Below, in pieces: positions 24,678-37,349 of a DNA stretch of 64,000 nucleotides (positions are counted from its first letter, which is position 1; every line of letters begins with the position of its first letter). Source of the stretch: Chiloscyllium plagiosum (taxonomy: Eukaryota). The stretch lies in assembly GCF_004010195.1 (NCBI RefSeq), contig NC_057711.1, positions 70,232,992 to 70,296,991 on the forward strand, given 5' to 3'. The translations under genes were made by a program, and so were the position numbers. The notes below the pieces were generated by a model, which saw only the letters and a list, made by a program, of their open reading frames with translations, did no database searches and had not been told where the DNA came from.

Positions 24678-25545
24678 ACCAAATATGCTTTTGTATATGA
24701 TTGGGTCTGTAGATTGATGACTTTATAGCTTGTAAAGTGGTAAAAGAGACAATATATCCTTCTGAAGTATTGAAAGCCTTTGACAATTAGATTAACCTCC
24801 GAACATGTCTGGAATAAATACAATTCATTCCCAAGAGGAAAGGATCTTACTTAACAGAGAAAATGAATGGAATCCATCTAATTCTTAAGGTACATTAATC
24901 CTAAACACTCGCAGGACAAGCCAATGCAGAAAATAAGACAAGTGTTAGATACTAAGAAGCAATGTCAGCACTGTGGAGCAAAGAAACCTCACAGAGACAA
25001 GAAGTGCCCATCTATTAAGGAGGAATGCTTGATCTGTAAAACAATAGGTAACTTTCAGAAAACGTGCTGAAGTAGAACAGTCACAGGGCAGCAAGAAACC
25101 AAATAGCTGATCTCAAAGAGGTTAATGAACTAGAACAGTCTAAAATAGAAGAAAAGTCAAATGTATTCCTGGGGAAAATTGATCCATACCTATCTTTTTG
25201 GCATAAAAACACTTATGTAAATGTATATTTCATTTATTTAAGCATAAGGGTTTAGACACATTAATGCTGAGAAATGCATGAAGCACCATCCAGCATGACA
25301 CATGGACTCTGGCAAGAGAAGAGCCTAAGATCTTGGAGGAATATGAACCAACATTGAGGTCTGCTCACACATTTTTACTTTGATTATGTTTCATAGCAGT
25401 ATTATTTGTATATTGTGCTTGACTGAGTGATAGCAACTATCCTAGCTTTACTGAATAAAATGTACATTTTGGGGAACGTTTTTGCCTTGCACTCATCAGG
25501 GCAATTTGCAAGAAATCCCAAAGTAAGGGGAAAATGACATTATCA

Positions 25546-25995
25546 TTTGATTTGCTTTATTACAGTCAAATGAACCATGATACAGTGATAAGTATAGTTT
25601 TATGTGCGAACCAGACAAATCAAAGCTTACCTTACATAAGTACATCAGAGTAATAGAACTGAATGTAGAATATAATGTTACAGCTCCAGAAAAGGTGCAG
25701 AGGAAGTTCACCTCTACAATATGAGAGGTCTATTCATAAGCCTGGTAACAGTGGGAAAGAAACTGTTATCAAATCTGTTGATATGTGTTTTCAAACTTCT
25801 GTATCTTCTGTCTGATTGAAGCGGGTGGAAGAGATTATAACTGGGGTGGGTGGAGTCTTCGATTATGTTGACTGTTATCTTGAGGCAGTGGGAGGTGTAG
25901 ACTGAGTTAATAGAAAAAAAGGCTTGTTTTCATGATGGACTGGTCTGCATTCACAACTTGCTGTTTTGGGGAGAGCAGTTGCCAAACAAAGTTGC
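25546..25995 (-). mobile_element. L2/CR1-superfamily LINE 3' end
   Basis: Tail tttgatttgctttatt... with a decayed 3' UTR and ORF end; recognised by general similarity only. Confidence 0.55.
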
Positions 25996-27742
25996 ATGCA
26001 GAATCTGTTTGATAGAGTTGTTGCTATGGAGAATACACCAATTAATAAAGACTGGCAGTTAACTGCCAAACTTTGTATACATTTTAAACCAAACAGATTG
26101 ACTGATGCTGACTATGATCAGTCCTGAGAAATGAGCTGGAGAATAGCCATCACCTATTTTGTCACATTTCTCCAATGGCATTGCCTCTGCTGCATAGAGT
26201 CTCATAACCAACCAATCAGTCCTCTTTACTCTCTGTCTCAGTAGCAATGCTTTCTCTTTTATAGTGGTATTTCCTACAAATTGCCCTTATGTGTGAAGGA
26301 CAAAAGGATATTTTTTTCCCAGTAATAGTCAAGACCTGTGCTAGCAAAAGATTATAAAAATACAACTTGTTTAAGATGACAGTCTCTTCTCATTAGTCTA
26401 TCAGGTGGCATTCTTCTACCATGCTCGACCAAGCAAGTCCTGTCAATCTCACATTTGAAGGGTGTTTCCACTATTCCATAGTGATCTGATCACTGGTACA
26501 ATATGATAAGCAGTGGAGCTGCTGTTGCTGCATGGGCAGCATGACTCACCATGAGCAACACCATTGTACATAAGGAGGGAAAGCTGATAAGATCCAGCTT
26601 TACTCTCCACTACGTCTGTCAAATCCTTCACTCAGAGAATCAAGTGCCATTGATCCATTAGCCCTGGCCTATACTGGCTCATGGTTAAAAGATACCCCAA
26701 TTTTATAATTCTCATTCTTGCTTTTTAAACCCTCCCCATCTCTGTAGTCTCCTCCTATCCTACAGTCTTCTGAAAGAGCTGATTCTTCTCTCATTCTGCC
26801 CTCTTGGGCAACCCTGAATTTAATTGCTCAACAAGTGGTGGCCTTGCCTGCATTTAATTAAGCTTTGAAGTTCCCTTCCCAAATCTCCCTGTCTCTGTTT
26901 CCTCCTTTCAAACATTCCTTAAAACTTATCTCTTTGTCAAGGCTTTTGCTCGATATAGCTTGGTGCCATTGTTTACATGTGTAGTGCTTTGGGATGTCTT
27001 ACCATGTTAAAGGTGATATATAAATACATACACACCAATTGTTGTTTGTGCAGTTAAGTCACAGATCAGGCAGGATCCTATTCCTGGGTTTCAATGAGAT
27101 ACAGCATTCATATTTACACAGCTTGCCAAAGTCTTTGCTCCAGTTTGCTTTCTTGTATTTTTGCTGAATCCCAGGGAATACATTTGGCTTAGAAGTTCAA
27201 TAATGTATTGACATTTACTTATTTAAATCCTCTTGAAGATCAGAAAGGCAAATAATATCCAGCTAGCTGAAGAACAAGACTCTATATATAGAAAATATGT
27301 CATAATTCAAATAAAAACTGCTGAATCTCTCACTTGAACCTTTTATCATTCAAATCTTTCTCCCAGATATAGGTTTCAATATACAGCAAGGATTTACTGA
27401 CTGGCACAATCTTCCTTCCCAAAGGCCCCATCATTGAAAATAGTTTCCTTACCAGGGTGTGATGTGCAATCTCTAATTCATTGACTTTGTTTTAAAATAA
27501 ATGTGGGAAAATTTATTTATATTAATTGGTCTGAAATATTATCTCTGTTCCTTCACTTTCTCTGTCACTCGTCAAATTCCTGGAAGATTCTCCCTTTAAT
27601 GTCGAGCAAAGGGTTACCTGTAACAATAGCAACTAAGTACTTGCTTAAGGAGCTAGATTATGATGCTGTCAGATCACATGGGACTGAGAGCTGACGGAAG
27701 AAGGCACTGCTTGACCATACTTCTGTTTAATAAATGTTAATA

Positions 27743-28992
27743 GTCCACTATATATTTCCCATTCTTACATGTCCTTGTGGAGGTGGTGGAGCATCACCTT
27801 CTTGAATGACACCCACAATGCAATTAGATTTATGAGTATCTTGGGACTGAACACAATGCCAATGCTGTAGGAGGAAGTAAGGACTGAAAATGCTGGAGAT
27901 CAGAGTCAAAAAGTGTGATGCTGGAAAATCACAGCTGGTCAGGCAGCATCCAAGGTGCAGGAGAGTCGACACTTCAAGCATAAACTTTTCATCAGGAATG
28001 GAGTTGGAGGTGGGGGTGGCCCAAGGGGGCTGAGAGATAAATGGGAGTGGGATGGGGCTGGGGGAAAGGTAGCTAGCCTCCCACTAACCCATCCTCCACT
28101 CCCAGCACCTTGCCTTGTCATCGCAAGAGGTGTAAAACCCACACTCACTTCTCCCCCCCTCACCTCCATCCAAGGCTCCAAAGGATCCTTCCACATCTGG
28201 CAGAGATTTTACTGCACATCTAAACACCTTATCTACTGTGTCCGTTGCTCTCGATGTGGTCTACTCTACACTATGGAGACAGGACGCCAACTCGTGGAGT
28301 GTTTCAGGGAACATCTCTGGGACATATACGCCAACAATCCCACCGCCCTGTGGCCAACCACTTCAACTCCCCCTCCCACTCCGCCAAAGATGTGCAAGTA
28401 CTGAGCCTCTTCCACTGCCAAATCCTAACCACCCGACGACTGGAGGAAGGACACCTTATCTTCCGCCTTGGGATCCTCCATCCACACAGAATCAATGTCA
28501 ATTTCACTCGTTTCCTCATCTCCCCTCCCCAACCTTACCCTCCAAATTGGCACCATCCTCTTGAACTGTCCTACCTGCCCACCTGTCCATCGATCCACTC
28601 CACTCTTCGCTCCGACCTATCACCATCACCCCTACCTTCATCTACCTATCGCATTCCCAGCTACCTTTCCCCCAGCAGCCCCACCCCCTCCAATTTATCT
28701 ATCAGGCCCCTTGGGCCACCCCCACCTCCAACCCCATTCCTGATGCAGAGCTTATGCTCAAAACGTCGACTCTCCCACTCTTTAGATGCTGCCTGACCAG
28801 CTGTGCTTTTCTAGCACCACACGTTTTGACTTTGATCTCCAGCATCTGCAGTCCTCACTTCCTCCTACAGCATTGGCATTGTGTTCAGTCCCAAGATACT
28901 CGTACACCTAACTGCATTGTGGGTGTGGTTCAAGAAGGTGATGCTCCACCACCTCCTCAAGGACACATAAGAGTGGGAAGTACATAATGGAC
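27743..28992 (+). mobile_element. Penelope-like element: GIY-YIG domain between ~330 bp inverted arms
   Basis: FYCTSKHLIYCVRCSRCGLLY.METGR.L.E.FREH...PVANHFNSPSH..RRLEEGHLIFRLG; 27743-28074 is the reverse complement of 28659-28992. Confidence 0.92.
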
Positions 28993-30181
28993 ATCGACAT
29001 CCCAGGAATGAATACAAAGGAGCACTTTGATACAGAAAGATCTACAATGTTACCAGCAAAACAGCAATGTTACTAATAGAGGCTGTCAAATTTGTCAAAT
29101 TTGCCAACTTTCAACATTTCTAGCTTAACTATTTTCTTGTTCACTACAAAGCTCAGTATAATCCTCAGTGATAACACATCATGGTGCATTACTTCCGACA
29201 GCATAGCTATTCTCCTGGGCCATCACCACTGTGTGAAATGCTCCTGCACACATTTGCAAATGTGCCACTTGATGTTAAATAATGCAGGCTTTAAAGAGGG
29301 CATCAGCAGTTCAACAGAAAATGTTAAAGTTTTCCAAGTCACTAAATTACTGCTGTGTGAGAATAATTGTCTAACCTCAAATGTTTATTTCTCAAATTGC
29401 TCCTGAAAAATTTAAGAAAGCCTCTGCAAAGAAAATAAAATTAATATATAAAAGAAATGAACTCTGATGCTGTAGAATTTCAGTTCTACCAAACAACAGT
29501 ATTTCTTGTGAATGTTTCAGGGAAATCAAAAATTTTATGGCAAGTCAGAAAACCCCACAAATCAATCCTTATATTCTGTGTTCTGGATAATTTAAAGCAA
29601 GCTCGTGCATCTCCAATGGTATTGCTAACAGAATTATTTATTTCCCATTGGAAAATGGAATTATGGACATCTGTGAACATTTTGTGAGACTGTTATAGAC
29701 TCAAGCTGGGACATACTGTTTTAAAATCATACTTATCTCAATACTAGTTCATGAAATATTATTAGGATCTGAGCAATATGGGGCAAGGCTTGTGGCAGAA
29801 TCAGACAAGAAATCTGGTGAGATCTATCTTGACATTTGGAGCAATATACTCCATCTTTTGCCAAGCAGCAGAGCTAGTTTCTCGCCATGCAGAGGTGAGT
29901 TGTCAGTTGAGGGAATTATAGCTGGTTAAATATCTTACTTAAGCCAGCAACCCGCCTCATTAATATTCATTTTCCTACTTTACCAAAAATGCTGAACAAA
30001 CTAGTCATTGAGAGTAGATGTCAGTGTGGGTGCCTGGTGACCTCAACTCACTGCTGGCTGTGAGCCGTCTCTTTATTGCTCATCATTGAACAGCACAATC
30101 CAAGGACAGCAGCAGCATGCAGCCCCCATTCCTCTCTTGTCCCCCTCCACTCCACTTTATCCACAGACTTTGGCATCTACA

Positions 30182-31475
30182 GTCATAGAGCATGGAAACA
30201 GAACCTTCAGTCCAACTTGTCCATGCCAACCAGGTTTCCCAAACTAAACTAGTTCTAATTGCCTGCATTTGGTCCATAACCCTCTCAACCTTGCCTATCC
30301 ATGTAACTGTTCAAATGTCTTTTAAATGTTGTAATTGTACTCACCTAAACCACTTCCTCTGGCAGCTCACTCGACACATGAGCTACCCTCTGTGTGGAAA
30401 AAATTGGCCCTCAATTCCCTTTTAAATCTTTTCCCTCTCACCTTTAAAATTATACCCTCCAGTGTCGAACTCCCTAACCTAGGGAAAAGACCTTTGCTAT
30501 TTGCCCTATCCACGCACCTCATGATTTTATGAACCTCTTAAAAAGTCAACTCTCAACTTCCTATGCTCCAAGAAAAAATGTCTTAGCCTATCGAGCCTCT
30601 CCTTATAACTCATACCACCAGTATGTAACACCCTTGGAAATCTTTTCTGCACCCTTTCAGTTTAACAACATCATTCCTGTTCAGTGCGACCAGAACTGTA
30701 CACAGTACTCCAAAAGTGGTCTCACTAATGCCATATACAGCCGCAACATAACATACCAAATCCTATACTCAATACTTTACCAATGAAGGCAAATGTATCA
30801 AATGCCTTCTTTACCACCCCATCTAACTGTAATGCCACTTTCAAGGAACTATGTACCTGAACCCCTAGGTCTGTCTGTTCAACAACACTGGTTTGTCTTG
30901 CCTAAATACAACACCTCGTATTTATCTAAATTAAAACTCCAGCTGCCACTCACCTCGTATTTATCTAAATTAAAACTCCAGCTGCCACTTCTCAGCCCAT
31001 CGGCCCAGCTGATCAAGATCCCATTGTAATCTGAGGTAACCTTCTTCACTGTCCACTATACTATCAGTTTTGGTGTCATCTGCAAAATTATTAACTATGC
31101 CTCCTATATTCTCATCCAATCATTTATAAAAATGACAAACAATAGTGGACCCAGCACCAATCCTTGTAGCACAGCGCTGGTCATAGCCCTCCAGTCTGAG
31201 AAACAACCCTCTGCCACCACTCTATATCCCCTACCTTCAAGGTAATTTGTATCCAATTGGCTGGCTCTCCCTGGATCTCATGTGGATCTAACTTTAATAA
31301 TGAGTCTACCATGCAGGACCTTGTTGAAGATCTTGCTAAAGTCGATGTAGACAATGTCTACAGCTCTGCCTTCATCTTTCCTCTTGGTCACATCCACATA
31401 TCCTTTGTGAGACATGATTTCCCATGCGCAAAGCCATGCTGACTATCCCTAATTGGTCCTTGCCTCTCCAAATGC
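30182..31475 (-). mobile_element. CR1 LINE 3' half (RT)
   Basis: Minus strand SAVLQGLVLGPLL...FADDTK plus CR1 3' UTR; contains a perfect 39-bp tandem duplication at 30912-30989. Confidence 0.9.
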
Positions 31476-32009
31476 ATGAAAATGCTGAAAACATGAAAAT
31501 TCACATATGATGCCAATGTCACCTGTACCACAATGAAGCTGTTCACCAGATTGTGCTCCTACATTCTGTATACATAATGTAACTACTGACAAATTAGTAT
31601 CTAGGTTGGTGAGAGGTGCCAGAGGCTTTATTGCTGATGTTTCTTTTGAAGCCTTGGTACTGTTGTCCTCCAAACTTGAGGAGGTGACTTCTGATGGAGC
31701 AGGCTATTTCTCCTCAAAGGTGGTAGACAGTCCAGTGGCTCCTGCAAGGTGATAGACAGAGAAGGTGTCATGGCTCGACTATAGAAGTGGTGTGCAATGA
31801 ATGAGACTGACAACACGGTCACTGTGGGAGTTACTGTAAGTTAAAGAGTGGTTCTAACTTAGCTGATGGGTCACGGGTGCTTCACATGCCTGCAGGAATG
31901 GTACTAGTTTTCTGCTTGAGGTTTGTCCTGTTCCTTGGAGCTAGAAAGCAGTGCAAATGTAGCTAAATTAAGATGCAAGGGAGCACAGCATTTTAATGCA
32001 AGGATTTTT

Positions 32010-32234
32010 GTAAGGTAAAGTTGCTGTAGTCCTGGAGGATCATTAGAAAGAGAGAGAGAGAGAGAGAGATGGCTGGTGGTGGCTTAAGCTGAGGGTCACT
32101 CTGCCACAGGCGAGGGGTGAGAGGTAAGAAGATGGCACTTTCATGGTAATCTCAGTGTGCAGAAATGGAACTCATGCTGTTAGTGTCACTCTGCTTCAGA
32201 AACCAGCCATCTAGCCAAGTGAACTAACTGACCC
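32010..32234 (-). mobile_element. tRNA-like SINE with internal (GA)n
   Basis: Minus head gggtcagttagttcacttggctagatggctgg; a related 3' piece occurs at ~60620-60660. Confidence 0.55.
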
Positions 32235-32239
32235 TGTGA

Positions 32240-33460
32240 GTAATACAGGTGCATTGAGGGGCTGATTAATACATGGGGATTCAATGTAATTAATATCACA
32301 GAGACATGATTGAGAGGGAGGGGCAGGACTGATAACTCAATGTGCCAGTGCATATAATGTTTAGATGAGTCAGGGAGGCTTGTAAGGTGGAGCAGGTCTC
32401 ACCAAGTTGATCAAGGAATATATTTCTGCAATAAGGAGAGATGTTATATTAGATTCCTCAATTAAGGTCTAATGGGTAGCATTTATAAACAAAAAAAATC
32501 ACATTGTTGGGAGTATACTACAGACACCCAAACAGTCAGGGAGAGATAGAAGGGCAGATACGTAAACAAATTTCAGAAGTGAAAAGAAAAGGAGAATAAT
32601 TTTAGAAGATTCAACTTTCCCAATAGTAACTGAGGTAGAAAAAATGTGAAATGCTTAAAATGTAACCAGGAGAGGCTTTAAAGCCAACATGTAGAAGGTT
32701 CTACAAGTGAGAGGAATCTAACTTTCAGGAACAAAGTTGCATAAGTGTCAGTGGAGGTAGTATTCTTTTGATAGTGATATAATTATAATTCAATAACATT
32801 TCAGAGAGTCATGAAGTAGGACAAAGCTGCCTGTTTTGAAACATTGCCTCTGCTTTCTCCCCACAGATACTGCCAAACCCTGAGTTTCTCCAGTACATCT
32901 GTTTTTGTTTCAGATTTTCAGCATCCATAATTCTTGGTTATATTTTCGATTTTATGATGGAGCTGTATAATGCAGTACTTCAGCTGTGAAATAATGGATG
33001 TAGTGCTGGTCACCACACTGTACAAAGGATGTGATTGCACTAGAGATGCAAAAGAGATCGTTGGATGGGTTGGAGACCAGATAGGTTGAGATTGTTTTCC
33101 TTGGAGCATGAAGAGGGTGGAGGAGGGGCACCTGATTGAGGGTGTAGTTAGGAAGAAACTTTTTCCATTAGTAGAAGGGTCAATAACCAAGGGATATAGA
33201 TTTTAAGATAAGGAGTTGGTAAGTTTAGAGGAGGTGAAAGGAAGATTTTTTTTCACCCAGACTGCCTAAAGGGGTGGTAGAGAGAGGAATCATCATAACA
33301 TTTAAATGTATTTAGGTGAGCAATTGAAATGTCATAGCATTCAAGGCTAGAGGCCAATTGCTGAGAAATGGGACAGGAGTAATAGATAGATCCTTGATGA
33401 TTGGCATGGACATGATTGGCTGTAGGATCTCTTTCTGTGTCATAAGACACTGACTATGAC
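32240..33460 (+). mobile_element. Old CR1 fragments (APE, then 3' end) with a PLE-type terminus at ~32836-32930
   Basis: GVYYRHPNSQG and DFNFP-like motifs at ~32510-32625; CR1 3' UTR up to ~33460. Confidence 0.65.
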
Positions 33461-35017
33461 ATCATGCCTCACTGGAATAGTGTGTTGTGATAATGAGCCC
33501 TGCTATTCCTGAATCATCTCAAAAGGTAATAATTTTATCAAAGTATGCAAAGTCTTTAATTTATCTGCCTGATAGATAGAGTTAGTACAAAACATGAATG
33601 AGGTTTCTATACTTAACAAGAACTATTATCTATTACTAATAAATAAATTCTAATGACACATGAAGAACTATGACATGGCAATACATAACTCTAACAGTTA
33701 AAACTCTAACTACCTTCTAAACTATCTTTCCCCTAACCCCACCACACAAATGCAGACATAAAAAAAAGGAGGGAAAAAGAAAACAAGAGGAAGCAGTTCA
33801 GTAGCTCCGGTCCTCAGTATTTGATGAAGTATTCTTTTGATTCCAAAGTCTTTCAGTTCTCTAATATTTTCCTTCAGGTTCTCTGCCTTCCTTTACAGGA
33901 GGCACAGAGTGACTGGTTCACAAATTATGAAGTCGGATTTATTGACTTAAAAGCAACAGCTTACATTAACTTTCTTCAGGCTTTAGGTATTTTACAGAAG
34001 AGAAGGAGGTGCGCACCTTCTATCCACTAGTAGTCTGTTGCTTCTGCAGTGTCATTCACACCCAGACGCTGTTCAGCCTCTCCAGGAGCTGATTGGATAA
34101 TTGTTATAATGCAAGTAACCTCTGGCATCTGTAACTAGTCACAATCCACAAACCAATTCACAACAAATTGCCTGCTAAATCTCACCTTGCACCGAGACCA
34201 CCAGAGTGGGACATCTACAAACATCTCCCCTCACTGTTTGCATGGCAGTCACGTAAACATGACACACAATGAGTCTTAGTAACTTGTTCTTAAAAAAATC
34301 AAGCAATTTCTTCCTCAGTCCTTTGTTTTAAGACAGACTTTTTCCAAATTCAGTCCTTGATCAAAAGTAAAGTTCCAAAACAAATATTAAATGCAATAGC
34401 ATCATCAGGCGTTGGTTTTTTTCATCTTGTAATACCAAACATAACCCATGATTGTTTGACACTTGTAGGGATTAGTTAATTTGTCTCAGACATTGCAGCA
34501 AATGTTCATACTTAGTTTAAATATCCCTTCCAATTGAGTTTGTCATGAAGCCAGTTTCAAAATGAGGTGCAATAGCAGGCTTGATTGGCAGTTTTACTAG
34601 TTAGCCACTTGTCAAAGTGATCAAGACTCACTCACTATAATTTCCTGCAAGTAAAGGAAATAACCAATAGGGAGTCTGATGTTAGTTGGTGGCAGTCAGT
34701 GACATTTAAGTTTCAAAGGTAGGGAGGTATGTGTGATTAGGTTAGGAAACTGTGGGGTGGTGATTCACCACCTTCCTGTCTCCTCCTGGATTTAACAGGA
34801 AGACTCAAAAACAGCTTTGTCACTCAGAAGTCAACTCAGTCCTTAAGGTACCACTGCTGCTGGCACCTAATGCCAATATAGAAAATGCAATGCCCATTAT
34901 TAGGAAGGGGAGGGGAAGAAAGGTTTATTTTTCATTGAAAACACCAAATCACCTTGAACTGTTTAGATACAAACCAATGAAGAAATGGAGTTGACTTAAG
35001 GTTAGGCATTGAATACA

Positions 35018-35121
35018 ATTGATCCGTGAAATATGGATAATGATATGGAGGTGTGATGTATGAGAATTGATTGATCCGTGAAATATGGATAATGATATGG
35101 AGGTGTGATGTATGAGAATTG
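35018..35121. repeat. Perfect 52-bp tandem duplication
   Basis: attgatccgtgaaatatggataatgatatggaggtgtgatgtatgagaattg occurs twice. Confidence 0.95.
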
Positions 35122-37019
35122 AAGAATGCACAATATGTGGGAACAATGGCGCATTACGATTCAAAGAATTAAGAGGAATTACTGTTCAGACGATATTCCT
35201 CTAATTGAAATTTTTTTCTATAAGTTGATGTTGGACTAATGTGCAGGACAAGCTGTAATTGAGAATTACTACTTCAATTAGGACTGTAGTCAGAAAGTGG
35301 AGATTGCTTTCCTCTCCAGTAAAATCTCACATCCAGATAAACTCAGGAAATCCAAGTCTGTGTTTATCATTTATCCGTACCATGACTTAAATACTTCTTT
35401 GTGAATAAACATATTCCCTAACAATACCTTTCCATAAAAGTGAAATATCCTGCTATTATTAATCAATGCTCAGAGGTAAATTGAGAAGAGAAAAGTTGGC
35501 GTAAACGGGTGCTGTATATTTGTAATTGCAAGTGCCAACACAGCATATGTTTTGTCCCAATTTGGAATTAAAGCCAATGTACAAAGAACAGTTGAGATAT
35601 AACTTGTAAATAATTTATGAAGAATCAACCACCAATGATTTGTTGAAACAATTTCCCTTGTGACACAAAATAAATTTATAATGCAAATACAGTTTTGACT
35701 TTTGCCATCAATTCTATCATGGGAACAGAGGAGCTGCGAACTGTAATTTTACCCTTAGGCTTAAAATGATTATAATAAAATAAAATTCAATTCACATGTG
35801 AATGTGGTCTACAAGGGGACAGATGGCGAAGTTTGAAATGTGGAATTTCCTTTTGGGAAAAATCTGGCCAGAAATGTTAAGGGTGGAAAGGCAAAGCATC
35901 AAAAACAATTAGTGACCTACAGTCTCCTCAGTTACATATAAATGAATAATTGGAAACATACAGCAGAAAAGCTCTTAGAGAAATAAAAATATTTATTTAA
36001 CCTCTTCGAAGTCAGCTCCCCTTGGGATTTCAGTGATAAATTCAGTACTTCTTGAACACCATTTTCATCTTTTTCTTAAATACACCTCATTTTACCCTCC
36101 TGTTTAAGGCTGTTGTCTTGCAGCCAAATAAGTAAGTGCTCAAAATTGCCCTTGTCTGTAGTTTTAAACTATTCTCTTAATAGAATATCCAGATGGTCAT
36201 GTTCAGACATGTCATCAGGCGAATACAATGTTGTTTCATTTTTTTTAGGGCAAATCTAATTATCTGTCCGAAGTGGCGGCTCGCTACTTTAACTGTAAAC
36301 ACGTAACTCCCACCCAAAAGGTCACAGGAGTTTAGTTTTAGACTATGTCTCAGTTAAACATTGTATTCTCAACTCTACAAGTTTCAACAGTCCCTCTAAA
36401 GGTAGGGGTTCAAAAGAGAATACCAAACCGAAGGGAAGCAATCATTGTGAACGAGAGAATTACATAACTGTTAGGTTGTGCCATCTGTCAATTGCTTTAA
36501 CAACTCAATTCAAATCTATTATGTAAGAAAGACATTTCTATCTTATCAGTTCAAGAAGATTAGCCTGTGCTCTCATAATCTACAAGGAGCAAATATTACG
36601 TTTTTTTTTCCCTCTTCTGGTAAATGTATTAAAATCTCAGCTTCCAATAATAGAGGGAAAATAACCATTGTAAGAATTGCATTGCAATGGTTACAGCATG
36701 TCTTTCAAGTTCTTCTTTATGTCTGTGTCACTGGGCTGAATTTAATGCTTCTGACATGGATACCACATACAGGTTGACGAATTGGTGGGAAACTCATATT
36801 GTTCTGCTGGGGGAAGCCTTACTGAATTCAGGCACTTAACTGATCAGAGTCAGTACCACTTACTGGTCTAAATAGAAAACGTTCTTGCATTTTAGCAACT
36901 AGTTACAGGTTACAATAATGTAACAGATATTGTCACAAAGACTGAGGTGGGTCTGGATACTGGGGCTTACTCCTGAGATCTTAACCTGTTTGACTCTCAA
37001 GGTCACATGACACTGACAT

Positions 37020-37145
37020 AGTGTTCTGAATGATGGTCACTGAACTCAAACGTTAACATAGTTTTCTTTCCATAAATGCTTTCAGACCTGTTGAGTTTCT
37101 CCAGCAATTCCGGTTCTTTGTTTCACACCTCCAGCATCTGCAGTT
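37020..37145 (+). mobile_element. PLE-type terminus (second family) with decayed hammerhead
   Basis: gtt-ctgaatga...aaacgttaac then cagacctgttgagtttctccagca...ccagcatctgcag; a similar copy lies at 38160-38290. Confidence 0.65.
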
Positions 37146-37349
37146 TTTTGATTCAATTTATTGTCATAGTGGATGATGCTTAAGGCAGTCCTCTTTATTA
37201 AACTTTGCAGACCCTTACCTCATTTCCAGTTTTTATACTTCATCTCCAGTTCTTTCCCCCATTATTAGTCATAGAATCATGTAGGATAGAAGTAGCCCTT
37301 TGGCTCATTGAGTCTGCACTGACAAAATTACTCAATACTTGGAATTTCT

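Noticed and set aside
24380..24900. Possible ancient non-LTR RT relic (KAFD-like motif near 24775)
   Set aside because: Only one short motif is visible, which is too little to support a feature.
33485..34330. Possible LTR-like repeat
   Set aside because: The composition is suggestive, but I could not establish termini, a TSD or a second copy.
35018..35121. CRISPR-like repeat array
   Set aside because: Only two adjacent copies with no spacers, in a vertebrate context.
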